Source of the DNA: an uncultured Eubacteriales bacterium
Lineage (GTDB): Bacteria; Bacillota; Clostridia; Oscillospirales; CAG-382
Reading direction: 5' to 3'
NCBI GenBank assembly: GCA_900548115.1
Contig: URJL01000005.1
Coordinates: forward strand, 2,434 to 66,433
Length of the DNA: 64,000 bases
This document shows positions 1 through 9,737 of this stretch, one piece after another. The notes under the pieces were generated by a model. It saw nothing but the letters and a program-made list of their open reading frames with translations. It did no database searches and had not been told where the DNA came from. The position numbers were made by a program, and so were the translations under genes. Every line of letters starts with the position of its first letter. The first letter of the stretch is position 1.

Positions 1-804
1 GCTGCCAGAAGGCAACAGATCCGAGAGCTTCTCGAGACAAAGCCCTTTATTTCGCTCAAGGAGCTCGGCGAGCTTTTCCCCGAAGTGACCGGCATGACCC
101 TGCGGCGCGACATCGAATATTTCGAACAGCAGGGAGAGCTGATCAAGGTGCGCAACGGTGCCCGTTCCATGAAGTTCATCACCGCCACGGCGGATGAAAA
201 ATACTCCCGCCGCGAACGGGAAAACGAAGCGGTTAAGCGCACGCTCGCACTCTGCGCGCGCGGCTACATCGAAAAGGGAAAGTGCATTTTCCTCGATTCA
301 GGCTCGACTGCCATGCAGCTCGCGTCGGTCATGGAGGACGAGGTCGTGAACGTCGTGACGTCGGGACCGAACATCTCGCTGAGGCTCATCGAAAAGAAAA
401 AGCCCATCGTGACGCTTCTCGGCGGCATTTTAAACCGCGACAGCCTGTCGGTGACGGGTGATCTCTCGATCGCCTCGCTCGAGAGCTTTTCGATTGACAC
501 CGCCTTTATCGTCCCGTCGGGTTATTCGTCGGGCGACGGCTTTACCTGCGGAAACTACAGCGAATGCGAGCTGAAGCGCGCCGTTGCGGCAAGCGCCAAG
601 CGTGTCGTTCTGATCATGGATTCCTCCAAAAACGAAAAACGCTATCCCTACACCTTCTGCGATCTTTCGGATATCGACGTTTTCATAACCGACAGCGACA
701 GCCCCGCCGCCCGCAGGGCGCAAAAGCAGGGCGTCACCGTCGTGATAACGGGAAATACGGTTTTGCGCGAACACGTGACCAAGTGCATTCCCGTCGAGGT
801 CTGA
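1..804 (+). CDS. DeoR/GlpR-family transcriptional regulator, N-terminus outside window
   Basis: Frame 1 is open from base 1. LLETKPFISLKELGELFPEVTGMTLRRDIEYFEQQGELIKVRNG is a DeoR winged-HTH. A DeoR C-terminal effector domain follows (IFLDSGSTA, VVTSGP, AFIVPSG, VVLIMDSSK). Stop TGA 802-804. Confidence 0.8.
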   Translation, partial: AARRQQIRELLETKPFISLKELGELFPEVTGMTLRRDIEYFEQQGELIKVRNGARSMKFITATADEKYSRRERENEAVKRTLALCARGYIEKGKCIFLDSGSTAMQLASVMEDEVVNVVTSGPNISLRLIEKKKPIVTLLGGILNRDSLSVTGDLSIASLESFSIDTAFIVPSGYSSGDGFTCGNYSECELKRAVAASAKRVVLIMDSSKNEKRYPYTFCDLSDIDVFITDSDSPAARRAQKQGVTVVITGNTVLREHVTKCIPVEV

Positions 805-990
805 CGCGGGTTTGTCCCGTTCCGTGCGATGTGTTTGCCATTACAATATACTATTATTGAAAAAATCCGAAAAAGCTCTTTACAGAAGGCGAATTTTGCG
901 GTATAATGAGAAGCGGTGCTTTGTGCGCCGCTTTCGCTTTTTAAAGAAAGACCTTCCCGCGTTTTCTGCGGGAAAGAAAAGGATAACATC

Positions 991-1278
991 ATGAACGAAA
1001 ATATAAAATCCCCCGCCATCGACCGCCTTTTCCGCGCGGTTTTGACGCTTGAAACGGTCGAGGACTGCTATGATTTTTTCGACGATCTGTGTACCATTCC
1101 CGAGCTTTTGGAGATGGCAAAGCGCATGACCGCCGCCTCCATGCTTGCCGACGGCAAGAAATACGCCGAAGTTGCCGCCGAAACGGGACTTTCCACCGCC
1201 ACCATAAGCCGCGTCAACCGCTGTCTGAAATACGGCAACGGCGGATACAAAAAGGCGCTCGGAGGACTTTGCGAATGA
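991..1278 (+). CDS. TrpR-like YerC/YecD family protein
   Basis: MNENIKSPAIDRLFRAVLTLETVEDCYDFFDDLCTIPELLEMAKR...TGLSTATISRVNRCLKYGNGGY is the typical YerC/YecD sequence. Start moved from ORF-track 916 to ATG 991, with AAGGA upstream. Confidence 0.8.
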   Translation: MNENIKSPAIDRLFRAVLTLETVEDCYDFFDDLCTIPELLEMAKRMTAASMLADGKKYAEVAAETGLSTATISRVNRCLKYGNGGYKKALGGLCE

Positions 1279-2048
1279 ACACAACGCTTTACGGCGCGGC
1301 GCTTGCCGAGGCATACGACGCGCTGAACGACGGGATCGATTACGAAAAGATCTGCGATTTTCTTCTCGAATGCGTGAAAAAGCACAGCGATATCGAGGTA
1401 AAAGACATCTGCGAGGCGGCATGCGGCACGGGCAGTATGGCGTGTGCGCTTGCGCGGCGCGGCTATCACGTCATCGCGTCGGACATTTCCGAGGATATGC
1501 TCTCCGCCGCCGACCGAAAGGCGAACGCGCAGAATCTTCCCATCCGCTTTGTGCTGCAGGATAAGCGGCGCAGCGTCATGTACGCGCAGAAAGACCTTTA
1601 TCTTTGCCTTCTCGACAGCATGAATTACCTTCTCACCAAGGACGACATTCTGTCGGCGCTCACGAGTGCGAAGGACTGTCTGAAACCCGGCGGACTTTTC
1701 ATTTTCGACATGAATTCCAAAAAAAAGTTCGAAACGGTCTACGCTCAAAACGACTATGTTCTCGAAACGGACGACGTGTATTGCGGCTGGGAAAACGAAT
1801 ACAACGAAAAGAGCCGCATCTGCCGCTTTTATCTTTCGATCTTCCGCGAAAACGCCGACGGAACGTACACCCGCGCCGATGAAGAACAGCGCGAGAAAAT
1901 GTACACCGTCCGTCAGATGAAAAGCTATATCGAAGAGGCGGGCTTCACGCTGTGTGCGGTCTACGGCGACGCGGACTTTGCCGAGGGCGACGAGACGCGC
2001 GACGAGCGGCTTTACTATGTTCTGAAAAAAGAGGAAAACCATGAATAA
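1275..2048 (+). CDS. class I SAM-dependent methyltransferase
   Basis: Start taken at ATG 1275, overlapping the upstream stop (ATGA). Motif I EAACGTGSMACALARRGYHVIASDIS; LKPGGLFIFD. The ORF-track N-terminal extension from 1089 is Arg-rich junk. Confidence 0.8.
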   Translation: MNTTLYGAALAEAYDALNDGIDYEKICDFLLECVKKHSDIEVKDICEAACGTGSMACALARRGYHVIASDISEDMLSAADRKANAQNLPIRFVLQDKRRSVMYAQKDLYLCLLDSMNYLLTKDDILSALTSAKDCLKPGGLFIFDMNSKKKFETVYAQNDYVLETDDVYCGWENEYNEKSRICRFYLSIFRENADGTYTRADEEQREKMYTVRQMKSYIEEAGFTLCAVYGDADFAEGDETRDERLYYVLKKEENHE

Positions 2049-2925
2049 AGACATCATCACCCGCGCCATGACCCGCGACGGGAACGCGCGCATTCTGGTC
2101 TGCTCATCGACCGAGACCGTGAACCGCGCCATTGCGGTGCATGACCTCTCCCCCACCGCCGCGGCGGCTTTGGGACGCACGCTTACCGCCTCGTCCATGA
2201 TCGGCATCCTGCTGAAAAACAAGACCGACAGCGCGACGCTCACCTTTTCGGGCGACGGCGTCTGCGGAAAGATCATCGCCGTGTCCGATTATGCGGGCAA
2301 CGTGAAGGGCTACATTGAAAATCCGCACGGTGATCTCCCGTCCAAATCCAAAGGGAAGCTCGACGTTGCGGGCGCCGTGGGACACGGCGTTATGAGCCTT
2401 GTGCGCGATGTCGGCGAAAAAGAGCCGTATGTCGGCATAACCCCTATCGTGTCGGGCGAGATCGCCGAGGATATCACCCGTTATTTCGCCGTGAGCGAAC
2501 AGATCCCCACCGTCTGCGGGCTGGGCGTTTTGATCGACACCGACCACACCTGCCGTGCGGCGGGCGGCTTTATGATTCAGCTTCTCCCCGGCGCGGACGA
2601 CGATTTTATCGATCTGCTCGAGAGCCGCATGACCCCCGTTTATTCGGTGTCGGCTTATTTCGACCGCGGACTTTCGAACGAAGAGATCATCCGCGAGCTT
2701 TTGGGCGACAAGATCCCGTTCGATCTGTTTGACGAAAACGAGATTGCCTATCGCTGCGACTGCTCGCGCGAGCGCACGCGGCGGGCGCTTATGAGCCTTC
2801 CCGAAAAGGATCTTACGGAAATGATCGACGACGGAAAAGAGATCGAGATGACCTGCCGCTTCTGCGACAAACGTTACATCTTCTCGATCGACGAACTGAA
2901 AAAAATACGGGAAGAACAGCAATGA
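2041..2925 (+). CDS. hslO: Hsp33-family redox-regulated chaperone
   Basis: Length about 294 aa. C-terminal zinc-centre cysteines CDCSRER...CRFCDKRY are typical of Hsp33. Overlaps the upstream gene by 8 nt. Confidence 0.9.
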   Translation: MNKDIITRAMTRDGNARILVCSSTETVNRAIAVHDLSPTAAAALGRTLTASSMIGILLKNKTDSATLTFSGDGVCGKIIAVSDYAGNVKGYIENPHGDLPSKSKGKLDVAGAVGHGVMSLVRDVGEKEPYVGITPIVSGEIAEDITRYFAVSEQIPTVCGLGVLIDTDHTCRAAGGFMIQLLPGADDDFIDLLESRMTPVYSVSAYFDRGLSNEEIIRELLGDKIPFDLFDENEIAYRCDCSRERTRRALMSLPEKDLTEMIDDGKEIEMTCRFCDKRYIFSIDELKKIREEQQ

Positions 2926-4361
2926 ATACAGTTTTTGAAAATACGGAGCATTACGATGCGCATTTCCCGCCCGAACAGGAAGAATACGCTTTGCGCGTGC
3001 AGAAAATCCTGTCCGAGCGGGCAAAAACCGAGGACAAAAAGCCCGGCGCTTTCATCGTCACCTTCGGCTGTCAGCAGAACGAAGCCGACAGTGAGCGGCT
3101 GATGGGACAAGCCGTTCTTCTCGGCTATCGGCGGGTAACGTGCGCTGAGGACGCCGACCTCATTCTCTACAACACCTGCGCCGTGCGCGAGCACGCGGAG
3201 CTTCGCGCGCTTTCCCGCACGGGAGCGCTCAAGCATCTGAAAAGTCAAAACAAGAATCTTTTGATCGGTCTTTGGGGCTGTATGGTCACGCAGGATCACC
3301 GCATGCAGGACGTAAAAATGAAATATCCCTACGTCGATTTTGTCGCGGGGACCAACATGCTGCACCGTCTGCCCGAGATCCTGTGCGACGTTCTCGAGAG
3401 CGGACGCCGCCGTTATTATGTCACGAATGACCCGCCGCAAACCGTCGAGGATGTTCCCGTACTGCGTGAAAACGACATCAAGGCATACGTTTCGATCATG
3501 TACGGCTGCAACAATTTCTGCACCTACTGCGTCGTGCCGTATGTGCGCGGACGCGAGCGAAGCCGCGACCCCGAAGCGGTCATCCGCGAGGTCGAGGGGC
3601 TGGTGCAAAGCGGCTGCCGCGATATCACGCTGCTCGGTCAGAACGTCAATTCCTATGCGCCCGCGGGAGGCATGAATTTTGCCTCGCTTCTGCGCCGTCT
3701 TGCCGAAATTCCGGGCGATTTTCGTCTGCGCTTCATGACCTCGCATCCGAAGGACGCGTCCGACGAGCTGATCGAAGTCATGGCGGAAAACGAAAAGATC
3801 GCGCGGCATTTTCATCTGCCCATGCAGTCGGGCAGCACCGAGATTTTGCGCCGTATGAACCGCAAATACACGGCGGAAAGCTATCTTTCCCTTGCCGAAA
3901 AGATCAAGGAAAGAATTCCCGATATCACTCTTACGACCGACATTATCGTCGGTTTTCCCGGCGAGACCGAGAAGGATTTCGAGGACACCTTTTCGATGGT
4001 CGAAAGACTGCGTTTCGATTCGGTCTTTTCCTTCATCTTCTCGCCCCGCGTCGGAACGCCTGCGGCGGATATGGAGGACGACACGCCCCACGAAGAAAAG
4101 ACCGCCCGCATGAACCGTCTTTTGAAGCGGCAAGCCGACATCGCCGCCGAGGATCATGCAAAGCTTGTCGGAAAAACACTTTCCGTTTTGTGCGAGAGCA
4201 AAGAGCCGAACGAAAACGGGCTTTATCTCGGCCGCACGAGCGGCAACATTTTGGTCTTTTTCGAAAGCGGCGCGCAAAACGGCGCGCTTTACGGGCAGTT
4301 TGTCCCCGTTCGCATCACCGCGTCGGGCGCCGCCAATCTTTCGGGAAAGGCAGAAAAATAA
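2922..4361 (+). CDS. miaB: tRNA-2-methylthio-N6-dimethylallyladenosine synthase (radical SAM methylthiotransferase)
   Basis: N-terminal MTTase domain VTFGCQQNEADSE; radical-SAM CxxxCxxC in GCNNFCTYCVVPYVRGRERSR; C-terminal TRAM-like domain. Classic position upstream of mutS-mutL. Confidence 0.9.
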   Translation: MNTVFENTEHYDAHFPPEQEEYALRVQKILSERAKTEDKKPGAFIVTFGCQQNEADSERLMGQAVLLGYRRVTCAEDADLILYNTCAVREHAELRALSRTGALKHLKSQNKNLLIGLWGCMVTQDHRMQDVKMKYPYVDFVAGTNMLHRLPEILCDVLESGRRRYYVTNDPPQTVEDVPVLRENDIKAYVSIMYGCNNFCTYCVVPYVRGRERSRDPEAVIREVEGLVQSGCRDITLLGQNVNSYAPAGGMNFASLLRRLAEIPGDFRLRFMTSHPKDASDELIEVMAENEKIARHFHLPMQSGSTEILRRMNRKYTAESYLSLAEKIKERIPDITLTTDIIVGFPGETEKDFEDTFSMVERLRFDSVFSFIFSPRVGTPAADMEDDTPHEEKTARMNRLLKRQADIAAEDHAKLVGKTLSVLCESKEPNENGLYLGRTSGNILVFFESGAQNGALYGQFVPVRITASGAANLSGKAEK

Positions 4362-4418
4362 AACAAATCACGCTTCCCGCGCCCTTGGGCGCAGGATACC
4401 GAAAGGAACGGTTACAAA

Positions 4419-4826
4419 ATGAACACAAACAACGAAGTATTGACTCTTTGCCGCAAGCTCGGCGAAGCGCTGCGCCAAAGTCCCGAATTCACCCGCTACA
4501 ACGACGCACGCGCTGTATGCCGCGCCGACAAGGAATTGCAGAGCAAGATCGACGAATTCAAGGTGCAGAAAAAAATCTACGACACCGAATCCGCAAAGCC
4601 CGACGCCGATCCCGAGCTTGTCGCCGTGATCAAAGGCAGACTGGACGAATTGTACGATGAAGTCTATTCGAAGGACATCATGACCGAATTTTCCTCCGCC
4701 GAGGACGATTTCAATCTTCTCTTAAACGCCGTCAACATGACGATCACGTCGTATATTTCGGAACAGCCTTACAGCGCGGAGGGCTCCTGCACGCACAATT
4801 GCAGCACCTGCGGCGGCTGTCATTAA
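4419..4826 (+). CDS. YlbF/YmcA-family regulatory protein with C-terminal Cys4 tail
   Basis: Helical YlbF-like sequence LCRKLGEALRQSPEFTRYNDARAVCRADKELQSKIDEFKVQKKIYD. Ends in CTHNCSTCGGCH. Confidence 0.65.
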   Translation: MNTNNEVLTLCRKLGEALRQSPEFTRYNDARAVCRADKELQSKIDEFKVQKKIYDTESAKPDADPELVAVIKGRLDELYDEVYSKDIMTEFSSAEDDFNLLLNAVNMTITSYISEQPYSAEGSCTHNCSTCGGCH

Positions 4827-4866
4827 AACCATTACGAAAGCCTAATTCGTCACGGAGGAAAAAGTC

Positions 4867-7476
4867 ATGCCCTATACGCCCATGATGCAGCAGTATCTCG
4901 AAACCAAAGAAAACTACAAGGATTATATTCTGTTCTACCGTCTGGGCGATTTTTACGAAATGTTTTTCGACGACGCGCTCAAGGTATCGCGCGAGCTGGA
5001 GCTGACGCTCACGGGCAAGGACTGCGGCATGGACGAGCGCGCGCCGATGTGCGGAATTCCCTATCACGCCGCCGATCAATACATCGCGCGGCTTGTGAAA
5101 AAGGGCTATCAGGTCGCCATCTGCGAACAGCTGGAGGACCCCGCAACGGCAAAAGGCATCGTCAAGCGCGACGTGGTGCGCATCATCACCCCCGGCACAA
5201 TCACCGAGGGAAGCCTTTTGGTCGAGGGAAAAAACAATTATCTCTGTTCGGTCTTTATCGACGGACTTTCCGCCGGCTTTGCCGTGACCGACATTTCCAC
5301 CGCCGAGATCTATGCGACCGAATTTTGCGACGGCGAGGGCGACCTTTCGCAAAAGCTCATCAACGAAATGGGCATTTATGCCCCGAGCGAGGTCATGACG
5401 AATCTGCCCGAGGAAAACTGCGAGGCACTGCGCGATTATGTCCGCATTCGTTTGGGAGCGAATTTTCACGCGGACGAAAAAAACCGTTTCCGCACCGACC
5501 TTCCCGCTCTGAAAAATCAATTCGGCGAGGGCTTTCTTTACCAAAACGGACTCCGTGAGGATTCGCCCATGCTTCCCGCTCTGTCGGCGCTCCTTTCCTA
5601 TCTTGCCGAGACGCAGAAAACCGACATTTCGTATATCAACAAATTGAATTGCTACAGCAACGAGCAGTTTTTGTCCATCGACATCAACACGCGGCGGAAT
5701 CTGGAGCTTTGCGAGACCATGCGCTCGAAGGAGAAAAAAGGCTCGCTTCTCGGCATTCTCGACAAAACCAAAACCGCCATGGGCGCGCGCCTTCTGCGCA
5801 AGCAGATCGAACAGCCCCTCCTCTCCTGCAACCGCATCGAGCGGCGGCAAAACGCCGTGCGGGGACTTTTCGACGACATGATCTCGCGCGATTCGATCGT
5901 CGAGCGCCTGTCGAAGATCAGCGACCTTGAACGGCAGATGACCCGCATTATTTACAATACGGCAAACGGGCGCGATCTGAAAGCGCTCGAAAACACGGCG
6001 CGGCAGATCCCCGTTATCAAGAAGATCCTCTCGGGCTTTGACAGCGCCGAGCTTTGCGACCTGAACGAGGCGCTCGACCCGCTTTCCGACATCGAAAAAA
6101 CGGTGCGCGAGGCGATCGTGGACGAGCCGCCCTTTACCATCCGCGAGGGCGGAATCTTCCGTCCCGGCTACAACGCCGCCATCGATGAGCTTCGCTCGAT
6201 GATGGGTGAGGGCGAGAGCTGGATCGTCAAGATCGAGCAGTCGGAGCGCGAGCTGACCGGGATCAAAAACCTAAAGGTCGGCTACAACCGCGTGTTCGGC
6301 TATTACATCGAAGTGACAAAATCCTTTCTCTCACAGGTGCCCGAGCGCTACATCCGCAAGCAGACGCTTGCCAACGCCGAGCGCTATATTACCGAAGAAC
6401 TTAAAGAAATGGAATCGCGCGTTCTCGGCGCCAAGGACAAAGTGACGGCGCTCGAGTACGAGCTTTTCCAAAAGATACGCGAATACATTGCGGACAACGT
6501 GACCCGCATTCAAAAGACCGCCTCGGCGCTTGCCCGGTTGGACGTGTATGCGTCGCTCGCGGGCGTCGCCAAAAAACGGCACTACGTCTGCCCGACCGTC
6601 GATTATTCGGACAAGATCGTCATCCGCGACGGGCGGCACCCCATTGTCGAGAGCTTTTTGCCGCAGGGCATGTTCGTTCCGAACGACACCGAGCTTTCGA
6701 ACAAAAACCGCCTTATGCTGATCACAGGACCGAATATGGCGGGTAAATCCACCTATATGCGCCAGACGGCGCTGATTATTCTGATGGCGCAGATGGGTTC
6801 GTTCGTCCCCGCGCGCGAGGCGCACATCGGCATCGTCGATAAGCTCTTCACCCGCGTCGGCGCGTCGGACGATCTTGCCTCGGGTCAATCGACCTTTATG
6901 CTCGAAATGAACGAGGTCGCGTACATACTCAAAAACGCCACCGCCAAGAGCTTTATCGTCTATGACGAGATCGGCAGAGGCACGTCGACCTTTGACGGCA
7001 TGAGCATTGCCCGCGCCGTCGCCGAATACACCTGCGGCAAAAACGTCGGCGCCAAGACCATGTTCGCGACGCATTATCACGAGCTTTGCGAGCTGGAGGA
7101 AAAATGTGAGGGTGTCGTCAATTACAACATCGCCGCCAAAAAGCGCGGAGACGAGCTTTTGTTCCTGCGCAAGATCGTGCGCGGCGCCGCCGACGACAGC
7201 TACGGAATCGAGGTGGCAAAGCTTGCCGGCGTTCCGCGCGAGGTGACAAAGCGCGCGTCGGTGATTCTTGAACATCTGAACGAGGGAAGCGCTGTCCCCG
7301 AAGGAAAGATCGCGCCCAAGGCAAAGATCGCCGAAAATCCGTCGGGAGCCGTATCCTTTGACGATCTTGCCCGCAGCGACGTGATCGAAAAGCTTGAAAA
7401 GCTCGATCCGAACACGCTGACGCCGATCGAAGCGCTGACCAAGCTTTTTGAACTGAAAAATCTTTTGACCGAATAA
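4867..7476 (+). CDS. mutS: DNA mismatch repair protein MutS
   Basis: TPMMQQYLETKENYKDYILFYRLGDFYEMFFDDA; Walker A GPNMAGKSTYMRQ; STFMLEM; DEIGRGTSTFDG. Confidence 0.97.
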   Translation: MPYTPMMQQYLETKENYKDYILFYRLGDFYEMFFDDALKVSRELELTLTGKDCGMDERAPMCGIPYHAADQYIARLVKKGYQVAICEQLEDPATAKGIVKRDVVRIITPGTITEGSLLVEGKNNYLCSVFIDGLSAGFAVTDISTAEIYATEFCDGEGDLSQKLINEMGIYAPSEVMTNLPEENCEALRDYVRIRLGANFHADEKNRFRTDLPALKNQFGEGFLYQNGLREDSPMLPALSALLSYLAETQKTDISYINKLNCYSNEQFLSIDINTRRNLELCETMRSKEKKGSLLGILDKTKTAMGARLLRKQIEQPLLSCNRIERRQNAVRGLFDDMISRDSIVERLSKISDLERQMTRIIYNTANGRDLKALENTARQIPVIKKILSGFDSAELCDLNEALDPLSDIEKTVREAIVDEPPFTIREGGIFRPGYNAAIDELRSMMGEGESWIVKIEQSERELTGIKNLKVGYNRVFGYYIEVTKSFLSQVPERYIRKQTLANAERYITEELKEMESRVLGAKDKVTALEYELFQKIREYIADNVTRIQKTASALARLDVYASLAGVAKKRHYVCPTVDYSDKIVIRDGRHPIVESFLPQGMFVPNDTELSNKNRLMLITGPNMAGKSTYMRQTALIILMAQMGSFVPAREAHIGIVDKLFTRVGASDDLASGQSTFMLEMNEVAYILKNATAKSFIVYDEIGRGTSTFDGMSIARAVAEYTCGKNVGAKTMFATHYHELCELEEKCEGVVNYNIAAKKRGDELLFLRKIVRGAADDSYGIEVAKLAGVPREVTKRASVILEHLNEGSAVPEGKIAPKAKIAENPSGAVSFDDLARSDVIEKLEKLDPNTLTPIEALTKLFELKNLLTE

Positions 7477-7516
7477 TTTTATTCATAAAAACCGACAACG
7501 AAAAGAGGTGACCGCC

Positions 7517-9661
7517 GTGGGAATCATTCATGTTCTCGATAAACATACCGCCAATCTGATTGCCGCCGGCGAGGTTGTGGAGCGTCCCGCCTCCGCCGTC
7601 AAGGAAATGCTGGAAAATTCCGCCGACGCGGGCGCGTCGCGCATAACCGTCGAGATCAAAAACGGCGGCACGTCGTATTTCCGCGTGACCGACGACGGCG
7701 TCGGCATGTCCGAGGAAGATCTTCCCCGCTGTGTTCTGCGCCATGCAACCAGCAAGATCAAAGAGCCGAGCGACCTTTCGGCGATCGGAACCTACGGCTT
7801 TCGCGGCGAGGCGCTTGCCGCCATTGCGGCGGTATCCGACCTTCGCATTCTGACAAAGCGCCGCGAAGATCCGATCGGACACGTGCTGCACATCGCGGGC
7901 GGCGAGGTCCTCGAGAGCGGCGAGGCAGGCTGTCCCGACGGAACGACCATTGCCGCGTCGGACATTTTCCGCAACATTCCCGCACGCCGCAAATTTTTGA
8001 AGAAAGATTCCTCCGAGGCAAGCGCCTGCCTTGCCGTGTGCGAAAAATTCGCGCTCTCCCGTCCGCACATCGCCGTGACGCTCCTGTCCGACGGGGCGGA
8101 AAAGCTGCGCACCGAGGGAGACGGGATCTTAAAAAATGCGATTTATTCCTGCCTCGGCAAGGATTTTGCCGCAAAGCTGATTCCCGTAAATTATACACAC
8201 GAGGGCATTTCCGTGACGGGCTACATCGGAAAGCCCGAAACGGCGCGCCCGAGCCGCGGACTTCAGAACTTTTTCATCAACAACCGCTATGTCCGCTCGG
8301 GAACGATCTGCGCGGCGCTGGAGGAGGGCTACCGCGCCTTCTGCCCGATCGGAAAATTTCCCGCCGCCGTGCTTTTCTGCACGCTTGATCCGCACCGCGT
8401 GGACGTAAACATTCACCCCGCCAAGACCGAAGTGAAATTCTCCGAGGAAAAGGCGGTGTTCGAAACGGTTCTTTTCGCCGTGCGCAGTGCGCTGAACAAG
8501 GGAACGGTGTTCGAAAGAGCGCCCGCACGAACGGAAACGGATTTTTCGAAAGCCATGACCGAGAGTCTCGGAATAAAAAAAGCGCCGACGCAGTCGACCT
8601 CGCTGTACCGTCGGGAGGACGAGAAAAAAGCGGCTGTCCCGACCGAGAAAGCCGAAAGCGAAAATGAAAGCCAAACCGCAAGCGCGAGCGTGCCGGCTTT
8701 TCCGCCCGCGGCGGAAAATGTGCCGAGCGTTTCGCCCATGACGGACATGCCGCCGACGGAAAAAGTACCGAGCGTACCGCCCGTATCGGAGGTTTCGCCC
8801 ACACGAAGCGCGCCCCCCGCCCCCGAAGCCTTTTCGGCACCCGATTTCCGAAGCGCCTTTTCCGACGAAAGCGAGGGCGTTTCCGATTTTCGTTCGCCGA
8901 ATCCCGCTCCGAACGCGGTGCATACGCCGAACCTTTTCGGCAATGCTTCCGAGCCCGAGCCGTTTGTCCGCCCGAGCCTTGATCTTTCGGCGCTTTCGGT
9001 TCCGACTCCGCCGATCCACGCGGAGGAACCGCCCGCCCCACCGAGCGAGCCGATTCAGCAGACGCTCGAGCCGAGCGAGCCCGAAGAACAAAGCCCGCGT
9101 TTTCGCGTTATCGGCGAATGCTTTCACACCTTTATTTTGGTCGAGCGCGGCGACACCTTATATCTCATCGACAAACACGCGGCGCACGAACGCATTTTAT
9201 ACGAAGAGATCAAATCGTGCTCCGAGGGGCGCGGCGCGCAGATACTGCTTGAGCCGATTCGAATCCGCCTGAGCACCGAGGAATATGCGGCGCTCACGGA
9301 AAACAAAGAGCTGTTTTCCGGAACGGGCTTTCTGTTTGACGATTTCGGCGAGGGTGTGATCCTTCTGCGCTCGTTCCCCGAACATCTCGAGGTGCGCGAC
9401 CTTCCCGACATCATCACAAGCCTTGCCGCGAAGCTCTGCGAGGGCGGCGCGCATGCCGGAAGCGATCTTTTTGACCGCGCCCTCTTCACAGCCGCCTGCA
9501 AAGCGGCGGTCAAAGCGGGACAGCGCAACTCGTATCTTCAGGACGAATACATCGCAAAGAAGATCTTCTCGGATGAGGCAATCCTCTATTGCCCGCACGG
9601 AAGACCTGTGCTGACCGAATTTACCAAAGATAAGTTATACCGCATTTTCAAGCGGACATAA
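7517..9661 (+). CDS. mutL: DNA mismatch repair protein MutL
   Basis: GHKL ATPase motifs AAGEVVERPASAVKEMLENSADAG, DDGVGM, GFRGEAL. C-terminal domain with DKHAAHERILYE. Long Pro/Ser-rich linker. AGAGG lies about 8 nt before GTG 7517; the ORF-track start 7508 is an in-frame GTG sitting inside that RBS, so the start is uncertain by 9 nt. Confidence 0.93.
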   Translation: MGIIHVLDKHTANLIAAGEVVERPASAVKEMLENSADAGASRITVEIKNGGTSYFRVTDDGVGMSEEDLPRCVLRHATSKIKEPSDLSAIGTYGFRGEALAAIAAVSDLRILTKRREDPIGHVLHIAGGEVLESGEAGCPDGTTIAASDIFRNIPARRKFLKKDSSEASACLAVCEKFALSRPHIAVTLLSDGAEKLRTEGDGILKNAIYSCLGKDFAAKLIPVNYTHEGISVTGYIGKPETARPSRGLQNFFINNRYVRSGTICAALEEGYRAFCPIGKFPAAVLFCTLDPHRVDVNIHPAKTEVKFSEEKAVFETVLFAVRSALNKGTVFERAPARTETDFSKAMTESLGIKKAPTQSTSLYRREDEKKAAVPTEKAESENESQTASASVPAFPPAAENVPSVSPMTDMPPTEKVPSVPPVSEVSPTRSAPPAPEAFSAPDFRSAFSDESEGVSDFRSPNPAPNAVHTPNLFGNASEPEPFVRPSLDLSALSVPTPPIHAEEPPAPPSEPIQQTLEPSEPEEQSPRFRVIGECFHTFILVERGDTLYLIDKHAAHERILYEEIKSCSEGRGAQILLEPIRIRLSTEEYAALTENKELFSGTGFLFDDFGEGVILLRSFPEHLEVRDLPDIITSLAAKLCEGGAHAGSDLFDRALFTAACKAAVKAGQRNSYLQDEYIAKKIFSDEAILYCPHGRPVLTEFTKDKLYRIFKRT

Positions 9662-9737
9662 AACATTTCCGCCGCCGATCGGCGACAAACGGCGAATCGA
9701 ATAATCGACTATCGAAAACCATCGAAAGGAACAACGC

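Noticed and set aside
1068-5850. Series of long minus-strand ORFs (1068-2276, 2874-4277, 4744-5850) opposite methyltransferase, hslO, miaB and mutS.
   Set aside because: The plus-strand genes carry unambiguous family motifs. The minus-strand translations are Arg/Ala/Gly-rich shadow ORFs.
8560-9080. Pro/Ser/Glu-rich, partly repetitive ~170-aa segment inside MutL (PSVSPMTDMPPTEKVPSVPPVSEVSP...).
   Set aside because: It corresponds to the naturally disordered, length-variable linker between the MutL ATPase and dimerisation domains. I do not consider it a separate feature.
9673-9684. Perfect 12-bp palindrome CGCCGATCGGCG just after mutL.
   Set aside because: It is too short, has no U-tract and has no second copy in the window. 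It may be a weak hairpin, but I cannot support any function.
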